A stretch of 59,426 nt of DNA, counting the filler, from Sphacelaria rigidula (lineage: Eukaryota): the NCBI GenBank assembly GCA_964200075.2. It is 5 parts of 5 records of this genome, joined end to end, with 100 filler letters (N's around TTAATTAATTAA, not from the genome) between each part and the next. Parts side by side here need not be neighbours in the genome. Positions count along the whole stretch, not along the records: positions 11,908 to 23,714 come from CAXNAA020004476.1; positions 23,815 to 35,619 come from CAXNAA020004477.1; 3 more parts are not named here. The stretch is one strand, 5' to 3'. The notes below the pieces were generated by a model. The model searched no databases, was not told the DNA's origin, and saw nothing but the letters and a program-made list of their open reading frames with translations. Made by a program: the position numbers and the translations under genes. Every line of letters begins with the position of its first letter. Position 1 is the first letter of the stretch. Below are positions 13,243 through 26,145 of the stretch, piece by piece.

Positions 13243-15055
13243 GAAAATACCGAAGAGTCAGAATCTGGGCTGGAACGTGGCAGGACCCCCGATGACCGGT
13301 CCGCCCGTAAGTCACTCAACATTGGGTACATCATATTTTTTTTCTTGGAATGCGGGGCGGATATAAGCATCTTCAAATCTCCGATGTGATGAGCGGTGGC
13401 AAGCGAAAGAGCCCGAGAAAATTGCGAATCACGAAGAAATTACCAAATGAGTAGTTGAGATGCCCACTACTGTACTATTCCGTACGAAGTATTATATTAC
13501 TAGATAACGACCCCTCACTCGAGGAGTCGATAGTCTCGCGGCGGATCAGCCCACCCCTCTCCCGGTATTTGGGTGTGTGTTGTGGTATTTGGGAAATTAT
13601 ATACTTCGTACAAAGTACCCCCATATAGCACTGTTCAAAGTATCCAGGAGAATGGTGCCGACAAAAGCTCGAAGTCTATCACCGTGGGGTAGTGCACAAA
13701 TCGCCTTCATAGTAGTACTGCTAGATGCTCTGCCTGCGGTCATGCCCGATACTGTACATGCAGCTTCTACTCGTACTTTTGTACTCAGTACTGACAGCAC
13801 AGACTTTGGCTTCCTATTTGTCCGCTCTTCCAAGTCGGGTGCCAAAAAGTCGTCACCGGGCCGACTGCGATGGACACCCACCTCTCTCTATCGGAAAAGC
13901 GAGAACACAGCACGGCAATCCACGATTTTGAAGCCGCAAACACAAGCGACCTTTGCAAGGGTTCAGCACGTCGATACTCGCACTTGCGGGCACCTGTCGC
14001 TACTGCTGGAAAGGATTGAAGTCTTGGGCATATTTCCAGCGAAGCAATTTCTCGCGTTGTCAAGTTGGATTTATCGGCGATGTAAAGATCATTGGTACCA
14101 TATACCCTAGCACTTGTCCTGAATAAACATGTGCCATCCAGCGCGATAAGACCACAATGTTGGCAACAAGTTGCGCGACATGAAAATATTGCTTCGTACT
14201 GACAACAACATGATGAAATTCCGCAATACCCACGACGGCACCGTGCACGCGCGGCGCTCAATCTCACCAAGGATCGCGCTGCCAAGGCAACAACACAACA
14301 GACCAGGGAGTACCGCAAAACAAACAAACGATTGAACAGATGTGACATTTTCAATTCATATTTTACCTTCGACAGCTTGAGAGAAGCTGAGATGTTCTGT
14401 ATGTTGACATTGATATCGTTTCCAAGGTCTCTCAGCCCAGACGCCAGCTTCGCAAACCGCGACATGTTCCTGAGCTTTCGAGCGCTGGCACTTGCCTGTA
14501 TTCTCAGTTTTCCTTCGGATATTTTTTCAATGACACTTACGAGTCGTTCAGATCCGCGGTCAAAGAGCCAAAATCGTTGAACCGTTCGACGGGACCGACA
14601 TTCTAGGATCGTGACATGTTTACATCGATGTGTGGGTTTACTAGACAACCCTGCCCACCATTGATCCCTCCCTACCTCTGCCCATGTACCAGATGACTAT
14701 CCTGCCGAGGGGCAGAACACGGATCTTAATTCTGTAACAACGCACCATAGCACACACGACACACGCGCACGCGTGCACACAACAAAGAAGATGAAAAACT
14801 CGAGGTACGTTTGTCATGATCCAAAGGTGTCGATGCTCTCTCCAAGCGCATTATTTTTGGCGTCGGTATGCACATAGGTCCTACGGCGTTGGCTACAGGC
14901 CCACGATAGAGATCCGTGTGGGAACAACCGTACGCGGCAGTACCATGATGCGTATTCCACTTCTTCTTTGCTGTGGAGACCCTCTTGTCCCATGTAAAAT
15001 TGGGTAGAAAGAGCAGCATAGTAGGGTCTGTGAAAGGGGTGGGAGCTGAGAGTGG

Positions 15056-18000
15056 ATGTCGCTTGTAGTTGGTCATCAGCAGCATGATGGCTTAGGCACA
15101 TGGCTGTCAAATCAACCACAACACGCTGTTGCTGGTGGTGATCAAGATGCTGCAAATTCCGGCACGACAGCAGCGGCTGTAGAAAACGAGGTTGATGTGT
15201 TTCGCAGCACATCAGCGCACGCTGCGTCAAGCAGCGACAACACACAGAGCACCAATGCCATTGGAGCCGTCCAAGACAGCCACGTGATGGATCTGGGTAA
15301 CCAAGGCGATGGTGATGGTCAGGGGGAACCATCAGTGCGAGACATCCAGCGCGCCTTGAAGAAGAACTTCGTCAACACTGGCGTGATCGACGATGTGACG
15401 GTAAAGAACACGTTCAATATTGCGTGCTCATGACACCTTGCGTAACCTAACAGGTCTTCACAGTCTTACGCGCAACCGATACAGTACCGCAGTACCACGT
15501 TTAGAGGACATTGCCGAAAATGGCGCGCAGCACGGGCGGCGGTTGAGATATTCTCCGCCGAAGCACAGGGTTTATGCATGGTCGACCCCGACCACCCAAC
15601 TCTCGATGTACCTGTATATCTTACACTGTTCTTGCTTGGTAGAGTCGACCTTCTCTAGCTCGTTGTCTACGATGCAAGGTGCAATTGTCGTGTTGGTGTC
15701 ACCGAGTACAGTACGGAACACCTGTCCATCTCCCGTTGATCACGGAGTTTAACACCCCCTGTGAACAGTTTCTCTGCATGTACTGTGTTGTACTGCACTG
15801 TCTGTACTGTAGCATTTCGATCTGCCATGAGGATTGAAGCAGTCAATGCCACCAAGGATTTATTTCGTTGCCAGAAATTCGTGCGCTTTTTCTCAACGGT
15901 GTGGTGTCCCCTGGGAGCGCAACTCTTGCGGTGTTGGAGAAGACGAGGTGACCAAACTCCTCCGAAAAAAGCTGGCGGGGGAATTGACTAAATGGGGGTA
16001 TAGTCCCCAGGGATTCAGAAACAGAAAGGGGGTGATGCACTTCTCGGTGCGGAGGGCAGTGCTGCGCGCCGGTTGGGTACCTCTCGAACACCTCCCAGCG
16101 CCTCAGGACGTTTCATATATTGCAACCAAGAATCACCAAAAAAGTGTTCAGGCACTGATTGTCCAGAACTTTTGTCTTGCCAGTTCCTATGCAGAAAAGA
16201 GTGCCCCGAAAACACTAGAAGTTAGAACTTAGATTGGGGACGAGAAATCAACGGTGCCAGATGAAAGGTAATGGATTTTGGGCAGAAGACATGAGTGGGT
16301 ACATCACGTCCTTATTCAGCCCAAAAGCATGCACGGGTGAACGCGCAAGTTGGATCTGTCCGTGCTAGGCCCCAACCACTCAAAAATCAATCCCAACGCA
16401 CCGGCAAGGCGCCCACAGCCCATTCAGAGCATACACACACCAACTTCCGCGAAAAAGGAGCGCGATTTAGGGCCGAACAGCACCGCGGGAAACAAGGGCC
16501 TCGCACAGTACCCCCACTTTGTCCGACATTGGTGGTAAAGGTGGGCACTGGCAACCAGAAACAATGAGAAACGGTTACCGGACAGGAGGCGTTGTTCTCA
16601 AAATACAAAAACCCAGTCAAACCGGGGGTTTTGCAGCCGGTCGAAGCGGTCCACCGAAAACGGTTTAGCCTGATGAGCAAGGGAAACCGCCTCCATATCA
16701 TTGATGCGCAGGTGAATTTGGCGTTGTTGTCGCGTGTTTTGTGTGTGGGGAGTGATTGGTACACTCAAACACACCCATTGCGGGTGACGGCAAGGGCAAA
16801 TCTCATACCGCCATACACGTGCAACATCTCATCTGTCGAACGCACTGCACAGTCGCTGGTGACAACGATTTTCATGCTTGATAGGAAGCGGTGTGGGTGA
16901 TTACTTGAATAGCTGCTGCTCAAAACTGGAAACTGACATGGACAAATCGACGAGACGTTGGCACAAAAGACTACTTTGTCCTTTAAAGAGTCTCCGGTGT
17001 GGGCAATAGCGTGCAAGCCAACATAGGGCACCGAAAGGGAAAACTCTGTAGCCCACACCCCGCCCGCCCCTGTAACCCAATACCCAACCATGGGAGGGAG
17101 AAGCGGGGGTAATACCCCCTCTCGACTTTTCGTGGAAACATTTACCGCCTCATTGTCCGAAAACAACAAAACAGCGGAGACCGAAAACCCACACTAGACG
17201 CTGCAAACCACGCCAACAACCACGCGATGGCGCCTTTTCTCTGGGCAATATGCCCTACAGGATGATTGAATCGTGAGGCAATAATCGTGGAAGAGCGATA
17301 GGCGACAAGACATCGCGTCAACTTTCATCAAGAAGAAACACCGACGGCCAGGCCATTTCTTCCTGTCCGATGTCTTTGGATCAGTGTTTGGTGTAGCGCT
17401 TTTTGACGGCTGTTACAAAGGATGCTCAGTATTTGACTCCAAGTACGAAGGCTCGCTATAATATACACCGCACCAGGGGTGCACCAAAAATCGTTTCGCA
17501 CACCTATATGCCCCTTACTTATTTTGGGCCTCTCAAGGGGTAGGGGGGGGTAGGGTACTAGACCACCTTCCCCCCCCCCTCCCAAACGCCATACGAACTC
17601 CTGTAAAACCGATCCTATACTGAATCCTGTACAAAATGAGGCGGCGTCGGAGATAGGGTCCCCCTCCCGATGTGTGTGGGGGCAACGATCCGCATACCCC
17701 TCCTGATACGTGGGTGTAGAAATATATTTGAAATAAGTTAAATCGTTGAAAACTGAAGATAAAATAAAATACAATTTCGTCAGAAAACAATACAAATAAA
17801 ATAGGAATGAAATTGAGAGCGATGACCTAGATAAGATATACCTTCTCGTTTTTTGTTTAAGAAAGGTACGAAAAATGGTCAGACACGCAAAAACAAACAC
17901 GCAACTTTGGACCGTGTTCGCTCCGATTTTTTCACGCATATCATTCGGGGGGGCCACTGGTACCCGGGCCTCGAAAAAAAAGGGGAAAACATGTTATTCC

Positions 18001-21000
18001 AGAGAGATGGCCACGCGGAAACGAACGTCTCGCCTCCAGAAACCGCTCACCTTTTGTGGACCCAATTTCGCCAAGGAAAACCTGATCTAGGAATTATTTT
18101 TCAATCGTACCTTATCTGGGCCACCGATCGGCCGCGAACGTACCTTTGCGAGGCCATCGCTCTCTACACTGTACCTGATGCGGCATATCGCGTGAAAGGC
18201 AGTCTACGCGCCAACTCCAACCATGGCGCCCACACATTCGGCTCCTTTCCCGATCATTTTCCGTTCACGGACGCCACAACGACCACGCCCCTTTTTCCCA
18301 GGAAAGGATTCCCGAGTCTCTCCGCACCGACACAAAAACTGGACGCACAACTCACAGCGCGTCGGTCTCTTGTGATTCAGTGGGTTATGGAAAACTGTTG
18401 TACGGTTGCGATCTCGGGGTGTCAGGGTCAAGCTACGCTCTTCCACCACCAACGGGCGGTTGTCGCATCATCGATGGTTGGTTCAAGCAACGGATACAGT
18501 ACTGGTCGTCACGCATATAGAGATAGGGAAGCAGTGATAGCGTTCAGCAGTACAGTACAGAGTAACGTGCGCCCAACGAAAATACTCGCGGAACGAGGCT
18601 AGTTTACCCTTATTCGACCGCGAGGGCAGGTCACCTGCTGAGTCGCGGTCAACTTCACCGGGACAAGTATGCGTAATCCAAATGGACTACCCGCATCGCG
18701 GTCTAAGGGTTGAGCGGCGTTGGGCTACAAATGTCCATGGTTGATACAATTTCACGAGTACCGCTACCCTTAACCCTAGCCCTAATCCAACGCCTACCGA
18801 GAATCTTCGGGCAAGGGTGGTACATAGCATTTCCTTGGCGAAATGCGACCTTGCTATACCCCAAATTGGTGCCTATGGCGCCGATTTCAACGAAAACGCG
18901 CTTTGCGCATGCAAGGAGCGCCCAGGGCTGTCTCAAATGGCCTCTAGATACCGCAACCACCATAAACATCTGAGAAAATTCTTCTCGCTTCTGCACAAAA
19001 CATTGATTCTTCCCAAATACAGAATCGAGTCTTTGGCGCATGCGAGGAGCGCACGGGAATGTCAGCCCCACTAGAGATCCGATTCTCGTTGTACCCAATC
19101 AAATCAAGTAATATCAACCATGAACATTTGTAGCTCAACGGTTAACCCTTTGACGGCAACCGTAGGTCACTTGCCGGATCGGCATCAATTTCCATTGAAA
19201 AGAGTATCGTGATCCAGATGGACTACCCTCCTCGCGGTCTAAGGGTAATTGGACCGCGTTCACCATACCTGTCCCAGTGAAATTGATCGCGATTCAGCAG
19301 GTGACCTACCCTCGCGGTCGAATAAGGATTAACTAGCCTCGTTCCGCGAGTATTTTCGTTGGGCGCACGTTACTCTGTAGTGCAGTGCTGAACGCTATTA
19401 CTGCTCTGTCCCCATCTCTACATGCGTGACGACCAGTAAACCCTATGTCTAGTAATTCCTATACCTAACGGAGATAGCGTCCATACTAGAATATCTATGA
19501 AACCCCCGATCGATGCATTCAGCGGATGACGACGGATTTTGGTGTGGGCATTCCCTGGAGTACGGGGAGGCGATAGATGCCCTCCCTTTCACCTAATTCG
19601 TAATCTATCTCGAGATTAGCGCACATGAGTTTTTATACTGAAATAAGTATGTTACGGGCAGAGGCACTAGTTCAACTAAATCTGGATATCGCGTCTCAGT
19701 TTTTGAGCGTTATGCTATGAAGTTTCGTACGGAGAACCGCTGGTGCATAATAAAGCTAACAGCTTATATATATTTTAACATCCGTTTTTAGGTCAGTTTT
19801 GAGGAGAAATGAACACTGCTTTTGGGCCTCATCTCAATTTTTTCAGCTCAATTTTTAGAATTGTAATTTGAAACTCAGGATACAGAACGACACAGGTATG
19901 CTGAATTAAAAGAAATGCGCCCTCAATTTTTGGGGGAGGAGAGGTTCGGGCGTTCTCGTAAGAAAGTGGTCGTTTCCATAATAAAACTCCCTAAACCAGT
20001 GAAAAAATGAAGAAAAATCAACCTGACCCACCTTGTTTCGTCAATGATGCCTCAGCTACGGCCCACACAAAGTTTCAATACACAAACACCAAACGTTAGC
20101 CGGTGAATGGCCTGCAAAATACTGTTCCGAAATTAGTCTGACCCCGTCACTAAACGTCCCATTCACCGGCCAATTTTTAGAGTTGGACCCTGAAATTTGG
20201 TATGGACAATGACCAGGGCATAATAAGAACAAAAACCAGTGCATATAATGTTCTTTTTTCTTGAGTTAAGGGTAATAATCAGTTTTCAGGTGTGTCAGTA
20301 AAATGCCCTTAACTCATGAAAACTAAAATAAAAAACTTGTGTGCACTGGTATTTGTTTTTTTTATGCCCTATTTATTGTCCAAACCAAGTTGCGGGGTCC
20401 AACTCTAAATAGTGGCCGGTAAATGGGCCTGCAAACTACAAATTCGCTCCTCGTCTGGCCCAGCTCGTATGCATCTTGCCTCCTCCCCTTCACGCTTCAC
20501 CCAATCTTTTTTTTCAGGCACAGTTTACGTTTTATCGTCATTTACCTGGCATCGCCCCCCCTCTCTCCTGCGCCCTTTCGCTTCCAGGCACGGTTACGCC
20601 GGCAGTTTGTCTGCGAGCTCCAGCGGAGCGGTCTCGGCGTACCCGGAGCCAGGCAGGCGACCGCGAGCTATCGTAGCCGCACCGGCATCTCCCTCAAAGA
20701 GAGGGTGTTGCACAGGTATGCGGGTGGTCCTATTTTTGTCATGCGCTGCATTTGCCTGACGTTTACCATCCCATTCTGTCCTGTTCTACTTCGTGCTGGA
20801 GTTGCTGCTGTATTGCACAGTAGCCTGTGGGTGAACATCTTGGTGCTTGGGAATATGTACGCGATTTACTTGGAAATCACGTGCACCCAACTTCCACTAT
20901 TTCCATTTTCAATGGTGAGCACCATATTGTCAAGTTCACTGCGTCGGGCAACTTTCTTTATTCTCCAAGTATCGCCATAATCTCCTGCTTGATCAGATCC

Positions 21001-23354
21001 CGTTGGCCGTATGGTGGATCAGGATGCATGCAGCACGGCCTTGGCACGATGCATCAATTACAGTCGCCGCTCATCCTCTCGTGAAGATGGAAGTCCTCGC
21101 AACTTGTGCTTCAACGTCTTCATGATACTAGAGCACCAGCGTCAGCAAACTGAGCCATTTAGACACCCCGTATAGTGTTACCTTTCATTCAATTGAAGAT
21201 ATCAGACTGCTAGATAAGACCTATCCCCGCCTCCCCTCCCTGCATGTATTCGCAGTCTGGTTGTAGATCACCTCGCGAGCAACGGCCTGCTTCAAACCCT
21301 CGCGGTTTTCCTACCGGAATCGGGCCTAGGCAACGCCACTGCCGCTGCTGCCGCTGCCGCCTCCTCCTCTAAGGCCTCCACCGTGCCTAGCAGGAACACC
21401 GATAGTAGCAGTGGTGGGCCTCCAACAGGGACGGCGGCGACCGGCGAAGTTGCATCTGAAGGGCCGGGACGGTTGCTTGCACCGTCGGCTCTATCTCGGG
21501 AGGACGTCTTGCAAGGGCTGCCGATTGCTTCGGAGTCTGTGTTATTCCGGCGGGTGATGGGAAGGGCCGCTGGCGGTGATAGATCGCCGGGGGGTGCTGC
21601 AGTGGTGGAGGAGCGCGGCGGGGGCGTGGGATGTAGTGGGGGCGCGCGGCAGGTGTCCGGGTTGCTGGAGGCTTTGGTAGGGGAAGTGGCGGCAAGATCG
21701 TGTGCTGTGGCCGTGGATTCGAACACGCAGACGGAGGAAACTGGACGCAGTCATCAAGAAAATTTAGGTTGGTGTTTTTCTCTTCGTGTACCTAGTGTTG
21801 AGATGTCTCCGGCACGTGCTGGAGGTGATTTGCCGCTGATTATCCCCACCACACTAGGCTTCCTGTGGAACGGACAGCGTGTCGGTAAGGAGTGAGGCAA
21901 GTGGTCGATGCTTCACTTTGATGATGCATTCTTGCCTTGCTTTTTTTTTCACGTAGCGCATACTCGTTCCGGGGAAAGTTCGGGACAAGTGGCTGCTGCA
22001 TAGATAGTGGATAATGTCGCTGCGGTATTTTTCGAAGCGTGGGGCGAAAACCCGGTCACACGACTGGTTCATCACGCCTCGTGCTCCTCCCTGCGACTCC
22101 GTTCCAAACTTGATGCAACAGATAGTCGACTCGGGAAGGTGCGGGACAATTGGTTGCGACGTTCGGCAGACGAGAGGCAAGCGCCGGCTAGAGACGTTGC
22201 GGAGCGCATGCTCGCTTACCAGAGGGAGTGCGAGTCTAGAGCTACAGTGCAGGTGACGTATGTGACACGGGAAAACGCCCGTTCTTTCAATACCACCCCC
22301 CGAATAACACCACCCGGTGATGGATTTTGAACTATTTCTTCCACTATGTTAGTATCTACGGTACTGCATTGGGGCATGTTCCAGATGACCTTCTCCAAAT
22401 ACCACTTCTCCAAAGATGAAAGTTTTGAACCCCCAAAACTTAATCAGCGGTTGTTGAACTCTGTCCCGTAGGGGTATGTATGCCGCCTCGGCCGTCTAAT
22501 TTAGGTGCGCATGTCGATTTATTCCAGATGAAGATGCTCGTCCGACACAGCTCATGTCGAAATGTATCCGAATATCAGTATACTGCAATACTAAATACCG
22601 CACGTATCACTGATTTTCGTTCCATGTGTAGCAGCGGCCCGCTCACAATGAACTGAAATTCAGGCTTGGCTTCTCTTCGTTCTCTGATGTGATGGGCAAT
22701 GGTCTACTGTATTGGGCTTATTGCTGTGGTCGTCGCTGCGACTGAATTTTTTTTTCTTCTCGGAAATCTCAGCCTGATTTTCGCACGACCTCGTTTCTGA
22801 CGAGCATACAACTACTGCGTGGTGAGGTTCTAGCGTATGATATCCTCAAGTATGAGACAGCAGGTGATCTATCGATATTCTGACGGACATGGATCGAGTA
22901 ATCCTACATTCGGGCAAGTTGGCACCTGATATGTATTGCTAGTTCCGGCTTCTCGTGGCGAGTTCCGGTGAATCTGCCGAATACGCTACACTCAGCACCC
23001 TTCGTTATCTCGGTACGACAAAACGCGATGCACGAACGTGTAAAACAGTGCAGTCGTCACGCCCGCGTTTCCTAGTAAGTACAACTCAAAAGCTGGAGAC
23101 AGGCCTAGGCAGCTACTTGGTCTACGCACTCCGGTGAACGAAGCTGCCTTTTTCTTTTTGTCCTACTGTCAAGAGAGTAGGCGTTTGTTGTGTGCAAAAA
23201 ATACCGCTTCTGTTTTCATCATCGTTTATCTCGTTATTCCCTGCAGGTGAAGGCAGAGGTGGACTCTTTCCGGCAGCGCGATATCACGGCTCTGCGGTTA
23301 CAGATGGCAGCCAATCAGCGACGAGAAGTGGACGCCATGAGGAAAGAGCTACAG
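15056..23354 (+). CDS. OFD1: OFD1-like LisH/coiled-coil centriole and basal body protein, 5' part; exons 15056-15400, 20588-20715, 21256-21767, 22122-22252, 23247-23354; 3' end missing at the contig end
   Basis: GT-AG junctions are phase-compatible (0,2,1,0). The spliced product reads DIQRALKKNFVNTGVIDDVT|ARLRRQFVCELQ...VLHS|LVVDHLASNGLLQTLAVFLPESGL (LisH)...NTQTE...ENLD|SRLGKV...ERMLAYQRECESRATVQ|VKAEVDSFRQRDITALRLQM, matching the OFD1 N-terminal layout from memory. Confidence 0.8.
18502..19436. mobile_element. Foldback/Tc1-mariner-like non-autonomous element in intron 1
   Basis: ~170-bp inverted arms (18502-18671 vs 19264-19436) starting ctggtcgtcacgca, flanked by TA on both sides. Confidence 0.7.
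20158..20427. repeat. Imperfect palindromic MITE-like hairpin
   Basis: cccattcaccggcc...agagttggaccc...gagttaaggg is mirrored by cccttaactc...gggtccaactct...ggccggtaaatggg. Confidence 0.65.
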
Positions 23355-23630
23355 GTACCCAATCAGTTCCGACTGTTCATGTTTTTGTTTCCCGGCGTGT
23401 GACTAGCCCGGCTGTGCCCACGGTGATGTTTTGGTGTGTCATGGTTGTGTTTAAATACTAAATGCTAACACCCTAGTTGTGCGCAACTGAGGGTTTACAC
23501 ACTCGGTGACAGCCAGAGACGTGGTCATTCTCCGTTTCAGAAGTCCGCGCTGAGTAGTGCGCCTGAGCTAGTGTTTACTTCCTTCATGCACCGATGGGCG
23601 CCCCGGTATTTTCCGTAGATGATAGCCGAT

Positions 23631-23631
<1 letters not shown>

Positions 23632-23664
<33 letters not shown>

Positions 23665-23673
23665 CCCCCCCCC
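23632..23673. repeat. Poly-C tract near the contig end
   Basis: A run of about 30 C followed by further C-rich sequence just before the spacer. Confidence 0.9.
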
Positions 23674-23714
23674 GCGCGCCGGGCCCGGGGGCGGGGGCAC
23701 GCACCCCCGCCCAA

Positions 23715-23814
23715 NNNNNNNNNNNNNNNNNNNNNNNNNNNNNNNNNNNNNNNNNNNNTTAATTAATTAANNNNNNNNNNNNNNNNNNNNNNNNNNNNNN
23801 NNNNNNNNNNNNNN
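23715..23814. other. Artificial contig spacer
   Basis: N44-TTAATTAATTAA-N44. Confidence 0.98.
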
Positions 23815-24003
23815 AAAGTGAATCCCTGCTTGGCCTTATGATGCAGTGCTGATCGGACTCAATGGTCTGTTACGCACGAGCCCGAGGGTCACTCTGCTCG
23901 ACTGCAATCGTTTACTATAGCCAGCCGCTGACCTCGTGTCATCCCTGACCTAGTATGCTCTTCGAGGGTGGCACCAGTATCACCTCATGATCAGACCACG
24001 ACA
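23815..24003 (+). repeat. 3' 189 nt of the 5' LTR of element 2
   Basis: It matches 34703-34891 with one mismatch that I could see (gtcaTccc vs gtcaCccc) and ends ...cacgaca. Confidence 0.93.
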
Positions 24004-25085
24004 AGGTGACCAATCGAGAAGATTAGCCGTACTGCATAGTCGCGTCGCTGTAGAGCTGTCCTGTTTCGCGTTGTGTCTGCATACGGTGTAGAATCATGCT
24101 TTCTGTTCAAGCTTGGGGTCCGCTAAGCACCGGCCAGTGTCTTTCGGTGCCAAAAGTTGTCATGCCGTTTGGTGTCTAGAAGCAACCATCAAGCCGGCCA
24201 GATCGGAGCTGTAGCACGCAGCTGTCTTGTGCTTTGATATTTCCCACGCCAAAGTGGCACTGTGAGTACATCCTGTCGTACACCTTATACACGACCCTGC
24301 ATGTCCACGGCGTGGTAACCCACGCACACCGTCGCTACGGCAGAATGGGGCAGACAGCATGCGTTCACCTGCACACGAGCTTGCACCGGAAAATGAGAGA
24401 AATTTGAAAATTCTGTTCAAGAGTCTCACTACAGTACAGTACACATTCGCACAGAGCAGGTCTGGTTGTTACAACGTGCACTTTCTGTACAGAGTGTTTC
24501 GTATGCTGGAGATGAGTGCTGTTGATCCACTACTAGAGAATCGAGTGTCATGAAGCTGAAACATTCGTGCATGCGTGAGTAACTGGCGTATAGCTGGCAG
24601 TTGTGTGTATTGGGTGCCGGGAGGTATAGCGAGACTGCAATCTGCGTTCATCGTTCAGGTGTGTACCGTAAAAGGAAAAGCTCCTGTAGCTGGTGCCCCT
24701 GTACCTACCCATGTTAGCCAGGTACGTGATCGCATGAGGTTTGCACTGTACTCGGTGCAGCGTGTTTGCGCTGTCTGTTCCTTGGTACCAAACACTGAGA
24801 GCAAGTACAGGACTGCTCGAGCATTTGTTCGGATCATTCTTTGTGTGTTTGTATGAATTTCTGACCGACGACCACGGAGCTCTGTGCCGGAGTCACTTTG
24901 GGGGCAAAAAGTGGTCTACGCCCAGCAATCACGAATGGCCCCTAGTATAATTCGATTGATGTGCGGCATTGTGAAAAGCCATTTGATGGGTCAAGTCGTA
25001 TGGATTCGCTTCCGCTACTCGTCACAACATGTCGCCACTACACTGGTATTTTCACATCAGCCTACCTCTCGACAAGCGGTATCAT

Positions 25086-25176
25086 CACTACACTTCAGGG
25101 GACCGTCACTACACTGCAGGGGACCGTCACTACACTGCAGGAGACCGTCACTACACTTCAGAGGACCGTCACTACA
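25086..25176 (+). repeat. 21-bp tandem repeat, about 4.3 copies, in the 5' leader of element 2
   Basis: cactacactKcagRRgaccgt repeated head to tail. Confidence 0.92.
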
Positions 25177-25857
25177 TGGATTTCTTCACGTCGGGAAATT
25201 GGGGGTAATCAGTGCCGTTGCTCGGCAGCAGTAGACACACCGATTGTATAAGTGGTTATATGAGGGGCTCACGCCTTGATTTTGTATTGTCCACCCTTTG
25301 ACTACGGTAGTGTTTAGTCGCGCTCGGTTCCTCCCTTTGCAGCGACCTATGGTTCTACATTAATGATACTTTTTCTACGTTCGTTTTGTTGGTTTGTTTT
25401 TTGGGAATAATTTTATGTATCTCATTTGTTTTGGCACAACGGCCCTTATTTACTTTATTGATGCGATATTTGATTCGTTACGCCATGTTATATTTTCCCG
25501 TTTCCCCCCCCCGCTACTGTCACACCGGCGTCCCATATCTCTGTATGCCTTTTTTTCGCTACAGTAATTTTGAAAGCAGCAACTTCCATGCGGCACATGA
25601 ACACCAGACGATCTCACACTAACAATACGTTCCCCCATCTACCCCTGCCGCTTTCGCTGTTCGATTTTGCTCGTCCCGAACGCACCTGCGCAATGCTACG
25701 ACTCATATCATGGTCGTCGGTGTCGCACCATACCGTGTCGATGACCGGGGGCCTCCTCCCTCATCGCCATCTCGCATGTGCGAACACCCATGCGTGTCTT
25801 ATTACCATTCTTATGATGATTTTTCCCGCACTACCTACTCATGTTTCGCTACCTCCG

Positions 25858-26113
25858 GAGCAATGCTACGGTAGGGGTGCACTTTTGGCGCGAAATCGTG
25901 TTTGATTCAGGGGCTCGTAATGATTCTAGATGCACAAGAATATGAGTCAGGACATCCCCGTTTGAAGATTCATTCGGGATATCCGTAGTACATTGGAATA
26001 GTAATCCTGGCGTATTCTCATCTATTTCATCAGTCGTCTTTTGGATGAGATCAGAGGCTCCTAACATTTCTAACCTCAGAAAATACTCGTGCACCCCTAC
26101 CGTAGCATCACTC
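25858..26113. mobile_element. 256-bp MITE with GAG...CTC termini and 4-bp TSD (Sola2-like)
   Basis: TIRs gagcaatgctacggtaggggtgcac / gtgcacccctaccgtagcatcactc with TSD tccg on both sides. A second copy is at 42283-42539. Confidence 0.8.
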
Positions 26114-26145
26114 TCCGCCGGTTATCGCATGCCGCCCTTCGATGA

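Larger units (their letters stand above)
11945..13446 (+). repeat. Dispersed ~400-bp repeat, split by the 12125-13242 insertion
   Basis: 11945-12124 plus 13251-13446 align with the uninterrupted copy at ~57770-58155. Confidence 0.85.

Noticed and set aside
13597-14648. Divergent minus-strand gene head-to-head with the OFD1-like gene (MSRFAKLASGLRDLGND...)
   Set aside because: Plausible splice sites exist, but I could not make the exon phases agree and recognised no domain. It is left uncalled and RNA-seq could rescue it.
18766-18790. Telomere-like ccctaa units
   Set aside because: Only about three degenerate units inside a TE, not a telomeric array.
25086-25176. 21-bp repeats as a CRISPR array
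   Set aside because: They are head-to-tail with no unique spacers, no cas genes are present, and they lie in a eukaryotic retrotransposon leader.
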